Source: Pseudomonadales bacterium (GTDB taxonomy: Bacteria; Patescibacteriota; Microgenomatia; UBA1400; PJMF01). Taken from it: a DNA stretch of 64,000 nucleotides. The translations under genes and the position numbers were made by a program. Positions 1-10,017 of the stretch are shown piece by piece (position 1 is the first letter of the stretch; each line of letters begins with the position of its first letter). Below the pieces are notes generated by a model, which ran no database searches, was not told the origin of the DNA, and worked only from the letters and a program-made list of their open reading frames with translations. The stretch lies in contig JACKFW010000001.1 of NCBI GenBank assembly GCA_020632265.1, positions 663,272 through 727,271 of the forward strand, given 5' to 3'.

Positions 1-754
1 ACCCAAAGGTACTAAAATTATGCTTCTTACTGACAGTGTCTTTCCAAAGAAGGAAGTCATTTGGTTTAAAAAAAGAAACATCATTATAAAAAAAGTGAAA
101 ATTAAGAAAAAAAGTGATTTATTTCCTAATATATATCAGTGTGTCTTCTATCTATTTTCTGACGAAGTAAAAAATAATTGGGATCAAGTTGTTTTTGTGG
201 AAGCTGATACATTGATAATTAAAGAAATAGGAAATTTATTTAAAGTTCAAAATTTTTCAGCTGTTCGTGATATTTTAACTCTTGAAAAGCAATTTTTGAG
301 TTTAGACGAAATAAAAAATAATAAACTGTCGGGTTCAACATTAAGGAAGAAAAAAGTAATTCCTAAAGATGCAGAGGAAAAAATTAAACGAATCAAAAAT
401 AATTATAATGTTTTTGCTCCCACTTTCAACGCTGGTATATTTGCCTTTTCTACTAAAATGATACCAGTGAAGTCAGATTTCAAATTATTTTTAATTCTAG
501 AAAAGTATTTTGAAGTTAGTCGTTATGGAATGCAAGGAATACTAAATCTTTATTTCTATCAAAAATGGCAAGAACTTCCCAGAAAGTATAACTCTTTAGT
601 AAATTTGAAAAAAATTTCATTTCCACTTTTTGAGTATCTATCTTCTTCAATTTTACATTTTGCAGGTTCTTTAGAGGAACAGAAGCCATGGGCTAATAAA
701 AATCATTCGTATTTTAAATTATGGAATAAATATGCTGAGCTTTCTAATAAATAA
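1..754 (+). CDS. GT8-like glycosyltransferase (LPS glycosyltransferase/glycogenin-like). Probably 5'-truncated by the window edge, because the frame is open back to nt 2.
   Basis: DxD-like VVFVEADTL, the FNAGIFAF motif (compare GT8 FNSGVML), the downstream QGILNLYFYQKWQELPRKYN block (compare GT8 DQDILN...LPxxYN), and no stop upstream in frame. Confidence 0.5.
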   Translation, partial: PKGTKIMLLTDSVFPKKEVIWFKKRNIIIKKVKIKKKSDLFPNIYQCVFYLFSDEVKNNWDQVVFVEADTLIIKEIGNLFKVQNFSAVRDILTLEKQFLSLDEIKNNKLSGSTLRKKKVIPKDAEEKIKRIKNNYNVFAPTFNAGIFAFSTKMIPVKSDFKLFLILEKYFEVSRYGMQGILNLYFYQKWQELPRKYNSLVNLKKISFPLFEYLSSSILHFAGSLEEQKPWANKNHSYFKLWNKYAELSNK

Positions 755-764
755 CAGCTTTAAT

Positions 765-1676
765 ATGAAACTAACATTAATTGTTCCAGCTAGCCGTAAA
801 ACAATAGAAGTATTTAGGAAAGATTTACCAAGTCAAATTGATAAAATAATAATTATTCACCCCGATTATCATGTTTTAATGAAAAATCGTTCTATTGTTT
901 CTATAAAAGGTAATTATTCAAGTAGTTCAGCTAGGAATATTGGTATTATCAAAAGTGATACTGATATTATTGCTTTCACTGATGATGATTGTGAACTGAA
1001 CATTGATTGGGCAAAAAATATTAAAAAAAGATTTGATGATAAAAAAATTATGATTGTTTTTGGACAAACTTTATCTTTTTCTTATAAAAATTCTACATTT
1101 TTCACTCCATGTACTTTTTCTAAAAGAAAGAGCGGTCCTATTACTAATAAAATTTCAAGGCATTGGTTAGAAGTTGGTTTTAGCAATAATATGGCTGTTA
1201 AAAAAGAGGTATTCGAGAAAATAGGCAATTTTAAATGGTGGCTTGGACCTGGTTCAATTGGTAGTAACGGAGAAGATGCGGAATTTATTATAAGAGCTAC
1301 AATCGCTGGTTTTAAAAAATATTATTCTCATGACTCTATTGTGATTCACAAAAAAATAATTAAAAAAAATAGTCATCAGGAAAGAATGGGATCATTATCT
1401 TATTTATGTGGTGGTTTAGCAGCTTATGGATTTTATGCTTTTCAAGGCGTTAGTGAATGCAAAGTGATTTTTAATAATTTAGTTTATGATTTTTTTTCAA
1501 ATATAAAGAACAGCTATTTTAAAAAAATTATAAAGGGTGATTTTAAATTATTATATTATTTAGTATTAGAAGGAATTTACTTTTTAAGAGGGTTTTTAAT
1601 AGCATTTATTTTTGCAAAAATAGTTCCAATTCCAAAAAAAGAAAACGTTGTCAGATTATATTATTTTAGAAAATGA
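765..1676 (+). CDS. Glycosyltransferase family 2
   Basis: N-terminal LTLIVPASRK, ARNIGI and a DDD-containing block (AFTDDDCELNIDW) typical of the GT2 GT-A fold. Internal Met at 765 preferred over the ORF-track start at 732. Confidence 0.7.
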   Translation: MKLTLIVPASRKTIEVFRKDLPSQIDKIIIIHPDYHVLMKNRSIVSIKGNYSSSSARNIGIIKSDTDIIAFTDDDCELNIDWAKNIKKRFDDKKIMIVFGQTLSFSYKNSTFFTPCTFSKRKSGPITNKISRHWLEVGFSNNMAVKKEVFEKIGNFKWWLGPGSIGSNGEDAEFIIRATIAGFKKYYSHDSIVIHKKIIKKNSHQERMGSLSYLCGGLAAYGFYAFQGVSECKVIFNNLVYDFFSNIKNSYFKKIIKGDFKLLYYLVLEGIYFLRGFLIAFIFAKIVPIPKKENVVRLYYFRK

Positions 1677-1772
1677 TAATCAACAAAATCCTATGTTCAA
1701 TACTTCAACAAATTTGCAATGATATGTTTATCTACTTTTTTTGGAGTTTTAGAATTATACTGAGGACTTGAG

Positions 1773-2534
1773 TTAGGGATGATTAAAATATTGTTGATAT
1801 TTTTTCAACACTTTTATATTTCCCTTACTAACAACTCTTCCGCTTCTTAACCACATAAAATGATCACAACTCCTCTCTAACTCCCACAACCAGTGACTTA
1901 CCATCACTATTGTTATTCCTTGTTTCTTAAACCCCACAAGTTTATTATGAGCCTTCTCCCTAAAATTCTCGTCTCCAACTGCAAAACCTTCATCAATTAA
2001 CAATATTTCTGGATCTGAATGAACTGCAATAGAAAATCCCAACCTTAACTTCATCCCACTAGAATATGTATATAAAGGAGCATCTATAAATTTTCCTATA
2101 TCTGCAAATTCAATAATAGCTTGTTTTTTTTCTGAAATTTCACGCTTCGTCATTCCAATAACCAAACCATTCAAAAAAATATTTTCTTCGCCCGTCAGAT
2201 CGGGATGAAAACCGGCGGAAAGATCAATTAAGGATACTACTCTCCCATTTACTTTTATACTTCCTTTTTGCTGCTTCGTGATCCCAGCAATTAATTTTAG
2301 CAATGTGGTTTTTCCAGATCCATTGCTACCGACAATTCCTAACCTATCACCCTCATGAACATTAAATGTTATATTATTCAAAGCTGTATGAATTTCTTTT
2401 TTTGGTCTGTACAAAATATTTTCAATTAGTGTGGGTTTTTGATGACGTAAAACATATGTTTTTGTTACGTTCTTTACTTCAATTGCCAAAGGATTGTTAA
2501 ATTTTCTCGTTACTTTCTTTATATTTTTATTCAT
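1773..2534 (-). CDS. ABC transporter ATP-binding protein, polysaccharide/teichoic-acid exporter type (Wzt/TagH/KpsT-like)
   Basis: Walker A GIVGSNGSGKTTLLKLIAG, signature LSGGMKLRLGFSIA, Walker B ILLIDEGFAVGD. The internal Met (MNKNIKK) gives a 4-nt gap to the upstream permease. Confidence 0.85.
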   Translation of the reverse strand: MNKNIKKVTRKFNNPLAIEVKNVTKTYVLRHQKPTLIENILYRPKKEIHTALNNITFNVHEGDRLGIVGSNGSGKTTLLKLIAGITKQQKGSIKVNGRVVSLIDLSAGFHPDLTGEENIFLNGLVIGMTKREISEKKQAIIEFADIGKFIDAPLYTYSSGMKLRLGFSIAVHSDPEILLIDEGFAVGDENFREKAHNKLVGFKKQGITIVMVSHWLWELERSCDHFMWLRSGRVVSKGNIKVLKKYQQYFNHP

Positions 2535-2538
2535 AATC

Positions 2539-3333
2539 TTACAACCAATCATCAAAATATTCATTATCTCTTTTAAATAAATGAATTCCAACAATAGTAA
2601 TAATAAATGAAATTAAAATTCCCGGAATAATTGCATCTAAACTAAAAATTAAATTATTACTCACAAAGATAAATTGAAATAACTCTACAATACCAGTCAT
2701 AGGATTAAACCTCAAAGCTGAAGCAATCGAAGCTGGTAAAAGTGATCTAGTATATATAATGGGAGTAGCATAAAACCACAAAGGAACCACTGCTTGAACA
2801 ATAAACTTTATATCCCTATATCTAACATAAAGAGTTGACAAGAGTAGAGAAATTCCAATAGTAAAGAAAACCAACCAAGAAATAGTCAAAAACAAAATAA
2901 TTATTTTATAAATTGATAGATAGCCCACAAATATAACTAAGATTACAAATAATAATAATGATATTATTAAATGAAATAAATTTGAAAAAACAATTGAAAG
3001 AACTAAAGCCTCTCTGGGAAATTTTGCTTTTTGAATAAGTGCTCTTTCATTTAACATAAGAGGGGTACATTTTGAAAATGTGTATGAAAAAAAATTCCAT
3101 GGAAGCAAACCAGCAAACAAAAAATAAAAGTAATTATCAATCTCCATGGGAATAAAAAATTGAAATAGAAATCCAATCACTATCATCTGTAGAATCGGAT
3201 TCAAAATTGCCCACAAAAAACCTAAAAAAACTCTTTTATATCTAGCTTTTATTTCTTTTAAGGTCATTACCCAAACAAAATCAAACCAATATTTTGAAAA
3301 GTATTCAAACATAAGCCAAATTGTATCATGCAA
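2539..3333 (-). CDS. ABC-2 type transporter permease (Wzm/TagG-like)
   Basis: Polytopic hydrophobic 264-aa protein immediately upstream of, and co-oriented with, the Wzt-like ATPase. The N-terminus resembles ABC-2 permeases (LKEIKARYKRVFLGFLWAILNP). Confidence 0.75.
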   Translation of the reverse strand: MHDTIWLMFEYFSKYWFDFVWVMTLKEIKARYKRVFLGFLWAILNPILQMIVIGFLFQFFIPMEIDNYFYFLFAGLLPWNFFSYTFSKCTPLMLNERALIQKAKFPREALVLSIVFSNLFHLIISLLLFVILVIFVGYLSIYKIIILFLTISWLVFFTIGISLLLSTLYVRYRDIKFIVQAVVPLWFYATPIIYTRSLLPASIASALRFNPMTGIVELFQFIFVSNNLIFSLDAIIPGILISFIITIVGIHLFKRDNEYFDDWL

Positions 3334-3485
3334 GGTTAATGATAGACTAAGTATTTTTGCAAATCATTGTCGTAATTAAGCTAAAGATTTATAGTTAAGA
3401 TTTAGATTTTATTTTTAACCTTATAAAAACAATTGAAAATACTTATAGTAACAATTTATTTAATTGCCACAAAAAAGCGCTTAAT

Positions 3486-3601
3486 TCTGGCCTCGACCTA
3501 TCTTCACACACAGTTGCCCGTGCACTATTGTCAGCGCTGAGGCGTTTCAAGACTCTGTTCGGGAAGGGAAGAGTTGGTTCCACCTCGCTCTAGAGACCAG
3601 A
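3486..3601 (-). rRNA. rrf: 5S ribosomal RNA
   Basis: The reverse complement reads TCTGGTCTCTAGAGCGAGGTGGAACCAACTCTTCCCTTCCCGAACAGAGTCTTGAAACGCCTCAGCGCTGACAATAGTGCACGGG...GTGTGAAGATAGGTCGAGGCCAGA. It carries the conserved CCGAAC, loop E and helix I (9-bp terminal pairing TCTGGTCTC/GAGGCCAGA). Confidence 0.85.
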
Positions 3602-4206
3602 ATTAAACGCTCTTAAACGCGCTTTAAGCTCCTCACACATTCATTAAGGTTTTATATTATGCCTCTCAAAATGCTTAATTAGTTTAAAGCAATTTTCATT
3701 TTTCATATTTTATAGAAGCTAATGCCCTATTTTACTATGAAAAATACTTATTAAATTGTTAATCGGACTCGCGCACAATAGTATTGTGCACATAAATCTA
3801 TTTTAGAGTTGTAGTTCGATTTAAATCGAACTACAAGTATCTTTGAAACTTGCCGGCCCAAAAGGCTGGAGCTTCATAATAGACTTGGACTCTAACAAGT
3901 GAAGAAAATCTGCCATGTGTCAAAACAATATAGTAAAATTCCAATAAATTAAAACCTTAGTTGATATAAACACAGCAACCATGCTTTTGAAGTTTGAAAA
4001 TTAGCTTATTAGGTCGTATAAATTTGTATTGGTAAACCAATGTAAATTTCACAACTTGTAAACATTTTATCAACCAACAAAATATGAAAATTATGTTCGA
4101 TCAACACTTAGTATAGTTAGGCTTAGCCTGTCACCAGGCTTACACCGACTACCTATCAACGTGGTGTTCTCCCACGGGTCTAATGGAGATAGTTAATCTT
4201 GAGATT

Positions 4207-4239
<33 letters not shown>

Positions 4240-4367
4240 ACAAGGAATGTAGCTACCCTGCAGTGCGCTTGACAGCGACAACAGGAACACTAGGGATTCC
4301 CTCACTCCGGTCCTCTCGTACTAGGAGCAAATTCTCTCAACTATCTAACGCTGACAGCGGATAGAGG

Positions 4368-4407
<40 letters not shown>

Positions 4408-4428
4408 GCTTTAATAGGCGAACAGACT

Positions 4429-4479
<51 letters not shown>

Positions 4480-5052
4480 AGCAAACCGCGCCGACGCTAG
4501 GGACGCTTAGGCGCGATGACTCTGTTATCCCCGAGGTAACTTTTATCCGATAAGCCCGGTGTCTTCCACAAAACACACGAGGATCACTATAACCTGCTTT
4601 CGCAACTGCTCGGCTTGTATGCCTCACAGTAAAGCATTCTTATGCTATTGCACGTCCAGCCTGATTTCTATCCAGGCTAAGAATACCATTGCGCGCTTGC
4701 GTTACTCTTTAGCAAGCAACCTCCCCAGTTAAACTACCCACCAGACAGTGTTCTTTCACACGTTTGCAGTGTGATTAAGTTAGATGATAAATACAAAACG
4801 GGCGGTATTTCACTGGTCGAAACCGTCATAAATGAAGGTTTCTCCCGCCTATTCTAAACAATTGCATATTCACCGTCAGTGCCAAGTTGTAGTAAAGCTC
4901 TACGGGGTCTTTTTGTCCTGCTGTCAGTAGGCCGCATCTTCACAGCCATTTCAATTTCGCCGAGTAATAGTTCAAGACAGTATGAGGCTTGTTAAACCTT
5001 TCGTGCGGGTCGCCAATTAAGCGACAAGGAACTTCGCTACCATAGAACAGTT

Positions 5053-5800
5053 CATTATTGTTACTCCATTAAGCTTAACGTTCAATTAAACTTAAATTAT
5101 GGGGGGGTGTGGTTATTTCTACCACACTCCTTATGTCTCCATAAGGATCGGACTATATCATCTCAAACCTAAGTTTGAGGTTAGCGTATAGTCTCTGAGG
5201 ATTCTGACAAAATGTCTTTTTTAGTGTACTTTCTGGTGCGACCAGCTCCTACATTGATTTTTTCTCTTAGATCCACCAATTCTTTTAAACCAGCTTCAGT
5301 TAAATGTTCTTTTGCAAACATTAAATTTACAGCTTTCTTAAAAATTGCGAAGTTTTTCTTTTTTATCTGAGATAAAAATTTGTATTTAGTGAAAAAGGGT
5401 AAAATAAACTCTTTTAGCACTTTTGGATTGGTCACATCATAAGAGTGTAAACCATCATTTCTTACTTTAATAATGCCACACTTAAAGTGTTGCTTCATTA
5501 AAGCCAAAATGGTTCTTTCTCTTTGAGAAACATTAAAACTTAGTACTGGCTGCCAGCCAGTTTTATAATCATCTTTCTTTCGAAAAGAAATATTAAAACT
5601 TCCTTCTCCATCTACAAAGCCTGATATATACCAAGCAATATTGGTGGGAATTTGATTATAATTTATCATTTTGTTAGTCTTTCCTGCTGATTGTCTCTAT
5701 TCAATCGATTGTTACTACTGATTCATATTTTATCAGCAGTACGATTGACCTGTCAAGATTTTCCAGCATATAGCTAACTTTTTTAACTACAATTGTACTC
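5053..5800 (-). mobile_element. Group I intron in 23S rRNA domain IV, inserted at the GTAACTAT^AACNG site (near E. coli position 1923-1931, the I-CeuI-type site). It carries a homing-endonuclease ORF.
   Basis: Exon continuity is broken. The upstream exon ends ...CCCCGGTGAACGGCAGCAGTAACTAT and the downstream exon resumes AACTGTTCTATGGTAGCGAAGTTCC. The intron shows S-element-like GATATAGTCCGATCC and R-like GAAAGACTAAC, and ends in G before the 3' exon. Confidence 0.75.
5181..5669 (-). CDS. LAGLIDADG homing endonuclease (single-motif, I-CreI-like size, 162 aa) encoded within the 23S group I intron
   Basis: The motif YISGFVDGEGSFNISF is a canonical LAGLIDADG/dodecapeptide. The ORF lies entirely inside the 23S interruption and is preceded by AAAATG. 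Confidence 0.85.
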   Translation of the reverse strand: MINYNQIPTNIAWYISGFVDGEGSFNISFRKKDDYKTGWQPVLSFNVSQRERTILALMKQHFKCGIIKVRNDGLHSYDVTNPKVLKEFILPFFTKYKFLSQIKKKNFAIFKKAVNLMFAKEHLTEAGLKELVDLREKINVGAGRTRKYTKKDILSESSETIR

Positions 5801-6552
5801 ATAGTTACTGCTGCCGTTCACCGGGGCTTCGATCAGAGGCCTTATCTAATAAATTAGATAAAACCCCCTCAATTAACCTTCCGGCACTGGGCAGGCTTCA
5901 GCCCGTATACTTCCTCTTACGAGTTTGCACAGACCTGTGTTTTTGGTAAACAGTCAACCTCATGACATTCACTGCGCCTCTTCAATCCGAAGATTAAAGA
6001 GGAGGGCATCTCTCGAAATTACGCCCAGCTGTTTTGCCGAGTTCCTTAAACTATTTTCTCTCGCTCTCCTTGGTCTACTCGACCTGACTACCTGTGTCGG
6101 TTATCGGTACGATTTGATTAGAATCTCCTTGCGAAGCTTTTCCAGGATAATGAAATCACACATAACTCTTCTTCCCGAAGGAATTGGAGCCCTATAACAC
6201 CTCAGATAAACGCCTGAACGGATTTGCCTATTCAGACTGCTTTAGTGCTTCGAAGCAACATTCACCGCTGCTCATATGATATCCATCACCGTCCCTCCCC
6301 AAGTCAAATGATCCTAACCAAGGACTGGAATATTAGCCAGTAATCCATCGGCTACCCCTCATTAACGAGGGCTCACCTTAGGGTCGCCTAACCCGCACAC
6401 GACGAACGTGGGTGCGGAAACCTTGGTCATTCGGAGTCGGGGATTCTCACCCCAATTTCGCTACTCATGCCGGCATTCTCACTTCTGATCGCTCCACCAA
6501 CTCCTCACGGGTTGGCTTCAAAGCACACAGAACGCTCCCTTACCGCTCCACT

Positions 6553-6760
6553 GCAGAACAAAATTAGCTATAATAATTAATTCGAATTTCTTAAATCCGA
6601 ACAATTAATTTAAGCTGAATTCTAAAAGAATTCAGACTAAATATTCTCGCGCTATATCGTGATTTGAAACTCTTCACGCTTCATCACAATTCTCGCGCTA
6701 TATCGTGATTTGCAAAAATCCCAATGTTGCGATTATTTAACTCTCTTTGTTCTGCAGCAG
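6553..6760 (-). repeat. AT-rich expansion insertion inside 23S rRNA (helix 45 region, domain II). It is closed by an inverted repeat and contains two copies of a 24-nt direct repeat.
   Basis: The flanks CTGCAGAACAAAG ... CTTTGTTCTGCAG form a long stem. ATTCTCGCGCTATATCGTGATTTG occurs at 6644-6667 and again at 6690-6713. The conserved 23S sequence GGAGCGTTCTGT resumes immediately outside. Confidence 0.6.
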
Positions 6761-8476
6761 AACCCTAAGCTTCGGTTACATATTTGAGCCTCGTTGGATT
6801 TTCAGCGCATTATTCCTCGGCTAGTGAGCTGTTACGCTTTCTTTAAAGGATGGCTGCTTCTGAGCCGACCTCCTAGGTGTGTTAGGAATAACACTTCTTT
6901 TGCCACTAAATATGTAATTTGAGACCTTAGCTGTAGGTCTGGTTTGTTTTCCTTTTGCTCCTGGAACTTAGCTCCCAGGTGCTGAGTGCTACGAAACATT
7001 ACGGGGTATTCGGAGTTTAACTAAGCGCTTAAGCTTTCGCTCAAGACACCAGATCAGTGCTCTACCCCCCCGCAACTTCACGTAACCCTATACCTAAATA
7101 TATTTCAGGGAGAACCAGCTATCTCCGGGTTCGATTGGCATATTACCTCTTACCACAACTCATCCGAGCATCTTGCAGCATACACCGGTGCGGACCTCCA
7201 CCTCGATATTATCAAGGCTTCATCCTGGTCATGGTAAGCTCACCCGGTTTCGGGTCATTCAACAACTACTAGTTCGCGCTATTCACGCTCGCTTTCACTA
7301 CGGCTTCGACACGGAATGTCTTAACCTAAACGCAATTGTCAAATACTCGCCGGCTCATTCTTCAATAGGCACGACATTACAGTATAAATACTGCTTTGTC
7401 TGATTATTAGCAGATGGTTTCAGGTTCTATTTCACGGGGTCTTCAACCCTTCTTTTCACCTTTCCCTCACGGTACTCGTTCACTATCGGTCTTATCTGGT
7501 ATTTAGTCTTGGAGTGTGGTCACCCCAGCTTCAGAAGGGAGTTTGCCGTCTCCCAACCTACTCAGGAACACTCTATCGCTTTATTAGATTTCGCTTACGG
7601 GATTATCACCCTCTTTGATCACCTATTCCAAAGTGTTCTTCTATCTTCTAAAGACGAATGTTGAGGTCCTACAACCCCAGAATAAATTCTGGTTTGGACT
7701 GATCCCTTTTCGCTCGTCGCTTACTCAGGGAATCTCTTACGATTTATTTTCCTCCGCCTACTTAGATATTTCAGTTCGGCGGGTTACCCACCTAAATATT
7801 AAATTTAGGGCCATCATGATCTCTCATGATGTGATTTCTCAATTCGGACACGGTCGGATCATAACTTTTTCCCAGTTACCCGACCACTTTCGCGGGGTTA
7901 GCGTCCTTCCTCGGCCAGATAAGCCTAGGCATCCACTATCTGCATTAATTCACATAAATTTCATTTATATTTGATAAGCTTGCTATAAACACGAGCTTGC
8001 GCTGTGTCATAGACTTTAGCATGTGAAACTATATTATATAGTTTCGATTTGTAGCATATATATTTTTTATTTTTTTTGTAATTTCAAGACGAAAAATTTG
8101 TACAAAGTACAAATTAAGTTGAAATTTTTAAAAAGATGCATGGCCACTGATGATTAAATCATCATTTTGACCTATACATGACAGTTTTCTTCACTTGTTA
8201 AAGATCAAATCTATTTTTGAAAACGAGTTTAAGTTACCTCAAACATTTATGCTTTCTAATTTGATTTCAAGGATTTAGGTTTATACAGCATTTTAACTTT
8301 GAGAGTCCAACTGTATCGTAACCACCTTATTTTTTAGCAATAATTAGTTGCTAAATGTTAGTTCTCAGTAAAACCTGGTGAGGTAAAACCAAAGAACTAA
8401 TATTTAATCACCAATCTTGCTTAAATCTGCCTAAAACTAATTAATCTTGCCAAACAGCAACCAAACCTTAAGAATG

Positions 8477-8550
8477 TGGACCCTAAGGGAGTCGAACCCT
8501 TTACCTCTTCATTGCAAATGAAGCGCTCTAGCCAGGTGAGCTAAGGGCCC
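8477..8550 (-). tRNA. tRNA-Ala (anticodon UGC), immediately upstream of the 23S gene
   Basis: The reverse complement GGGCCCTTAGCTCACCTGGCTAGAGCGCTTCATTTGCAATGAAGAGGTAAAGGGTTCGACTCCCTTAGGGTCCA folds as a cloverleaf with a G3:U70 pair, anticodon loop TTTGCAA and a TTCGACT T-loop. CCA is not encoded. Confidence 0.9.
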
Positions 8551-8854
8551 AAATCTTAATAAATTGATAGCGATAGTTTAATCACGCTATTAAGATATTA
8601 GTTAATATTTAGTTGTTAAACTTTGCTTAGGTAAGTTTTTCGTAACTGAACATTTTTCGATTTGAAAAATATTAGTTCGATACTTGAGGGATTCTATCAT
8701 TATTTTTGATAATAAATAGAATGTCTAATTGAATGCTTCCCGAACAATCAGAATGATATTCTACAATAGGCTTTTAGATAATGCAACAACAAACATTTCA
8801 AAACAAATCAACCTTCAGTCAATTAGGCTTAAATTGGTTGGAATTATTGAATAG

Positions 8855-9133
8855 TTATTCAGTTACTCCTACATTAAAATCTTTTTCAAGCTCAGCGATA
8901 TCTTCTTCATCAACAATGGTGGCATCAATCTCGGCCTCAATTACCTCCATAGAGTCATCTTCAGAAAGAGTTGTATAAGATTCATCTTCGACAGTTACAG
9001 GATCTCCTGGCTCTAAAACACTTGCATTATTGTCATTATTTGGTAAAAGCGAGCACCCTGAAATAAAAATCGAAAACAATAAAATAAAACTAAAACTTAC
9101 AAAAAATTTTATTGAACCATTAATTACTTGCAT
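8855..9133 (-). CDS. Small acidic lipoprotein (hypothetical)
   Basis: Hydrophobic N-terminus ending in the lipobox FISGC, then a D/E-rich mature part. Confidence 0.4.
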   Translation of the reverse strand: MQVINGSIKFFVSFSFILLFSIFISGCSLLPNNDNNASVLEPGDPVTVEDESYTTLSEDDSMEVIEAEIDATIVDEEDIAELEKDFNVGVTE

Positions 9134-9137
9134 ATAA

Positions 9138-9848
9138 TTATTCCTCGTTTAGTTTGCTATTATTTACAGCTTCTCTAATCTCCTGAACAACCTCCTTATA
9201 TAATTGTAAAACCTCTCTAAATGGATTTTTCATTTCCTTAACCATGGAAATAACTTTGCCAAAACCTTCTTGAGTAGAGACGTCTGAAGATCTAACTGTA
9301 TCAACTAAAGCCATCGCATTTGAATAAGCTTCTTCAAGCAACAAATCTGCATCAGTCAATTTTACTTTTGCCAACTCTAGATTAATATCATCTTCTTCAT
9401 AACCAACTATCTTAACATGTAGTTTTTCAGATATTTGATTAAGTCTTTCATAATATCTAAGTACCTTTTCTTCCAATTTATTAGTAAACTCTACTAATTT
9501 TTCAGCTCTGTTTTCTGTAATTTGAGCAATTCTTTCCTCACGACTTTCTTCAGCCTGCGTCTTTACTGTTTCACGATTTCGCTCTCTTTCTTTTTTTTGC
9601 TCTTGCAACATCAGTTCATATTGATATCTCTCGGCCTCTCTTTCTTCAAGTTGCTTAACTTTTTGCTCTCTCAATTGTGCTTTGTAAGCCTCAATTTCTG
9701 AAGCTTTTTGTTCTCTCAATTCCATTTGATTCATCTGCTCATTTTCATTTTCTTGACCTTGAGAAGAGTCGTTAGCTCCAATTATTGGTGGTGTTAACAA
9801 CAAAAAACCTGCAAAGACAATGATTAAAAACAACTTTTTGTTTTTCAT
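9138..9848 (-). CDS. Secreted coiled-coil protein (hypothetical)
   Basis: Signal peptide MKNKKLFLIIVFAGFLLLTPPIIGA followed by an E/K/R/Q-rich heptad-like sequence. Confidence 0.5.
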   Translation of the reverse strand: MKNKKLFLIIVFAGFLLLTPPIIGANDSSQGQENENEQMNQMELREQKASEIEAYKAQLREQKVKQLEEREAERYQYELMLQEQKKERERNRETVKTQAEESREERIAQITENRAEKLVEFTNKLEEKVLRYYERLNQISEKLHVKIVGYEEDDINLELAKVKLTDADLLLEEAYSNAMALVDTVRSSDVSTQEGFGKVISMVKEMKNPFREVLQLYKEVVQEIREAVNNSKLNEE

Positions 9849-10017
9849 ATTAACTCCTTCTTAAATAATACAAAGCAACTCTTACGTATTTTTCGTATTA
9901 AATTTGTATTAAATATGTGTAATATGCTATTAATATAATATAAATATCTCTAAATATCAATATTTAATAGTCAATCTACCAGAGTAGGTGGCAATGATAA
10001 AAAACAATTATAAGAAA

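Noticed and set aside
3620-4090. Long 23S-5S spacer examined for an extra small RNA gene or tRNA
   Set aside because: No cloverleaf-compatible segment was found. Only a palindromic hairpin (about 3811-3840) was seen, reported as a possible processing site rather than a gene.
8781-8978. Plus-strand 65-aa ORF overlapping the lipoprotein gene
   Set aside because: Ser-rich low-complexity translation. The minus-strand ORF has a lipobox signal peptide and better coding features.
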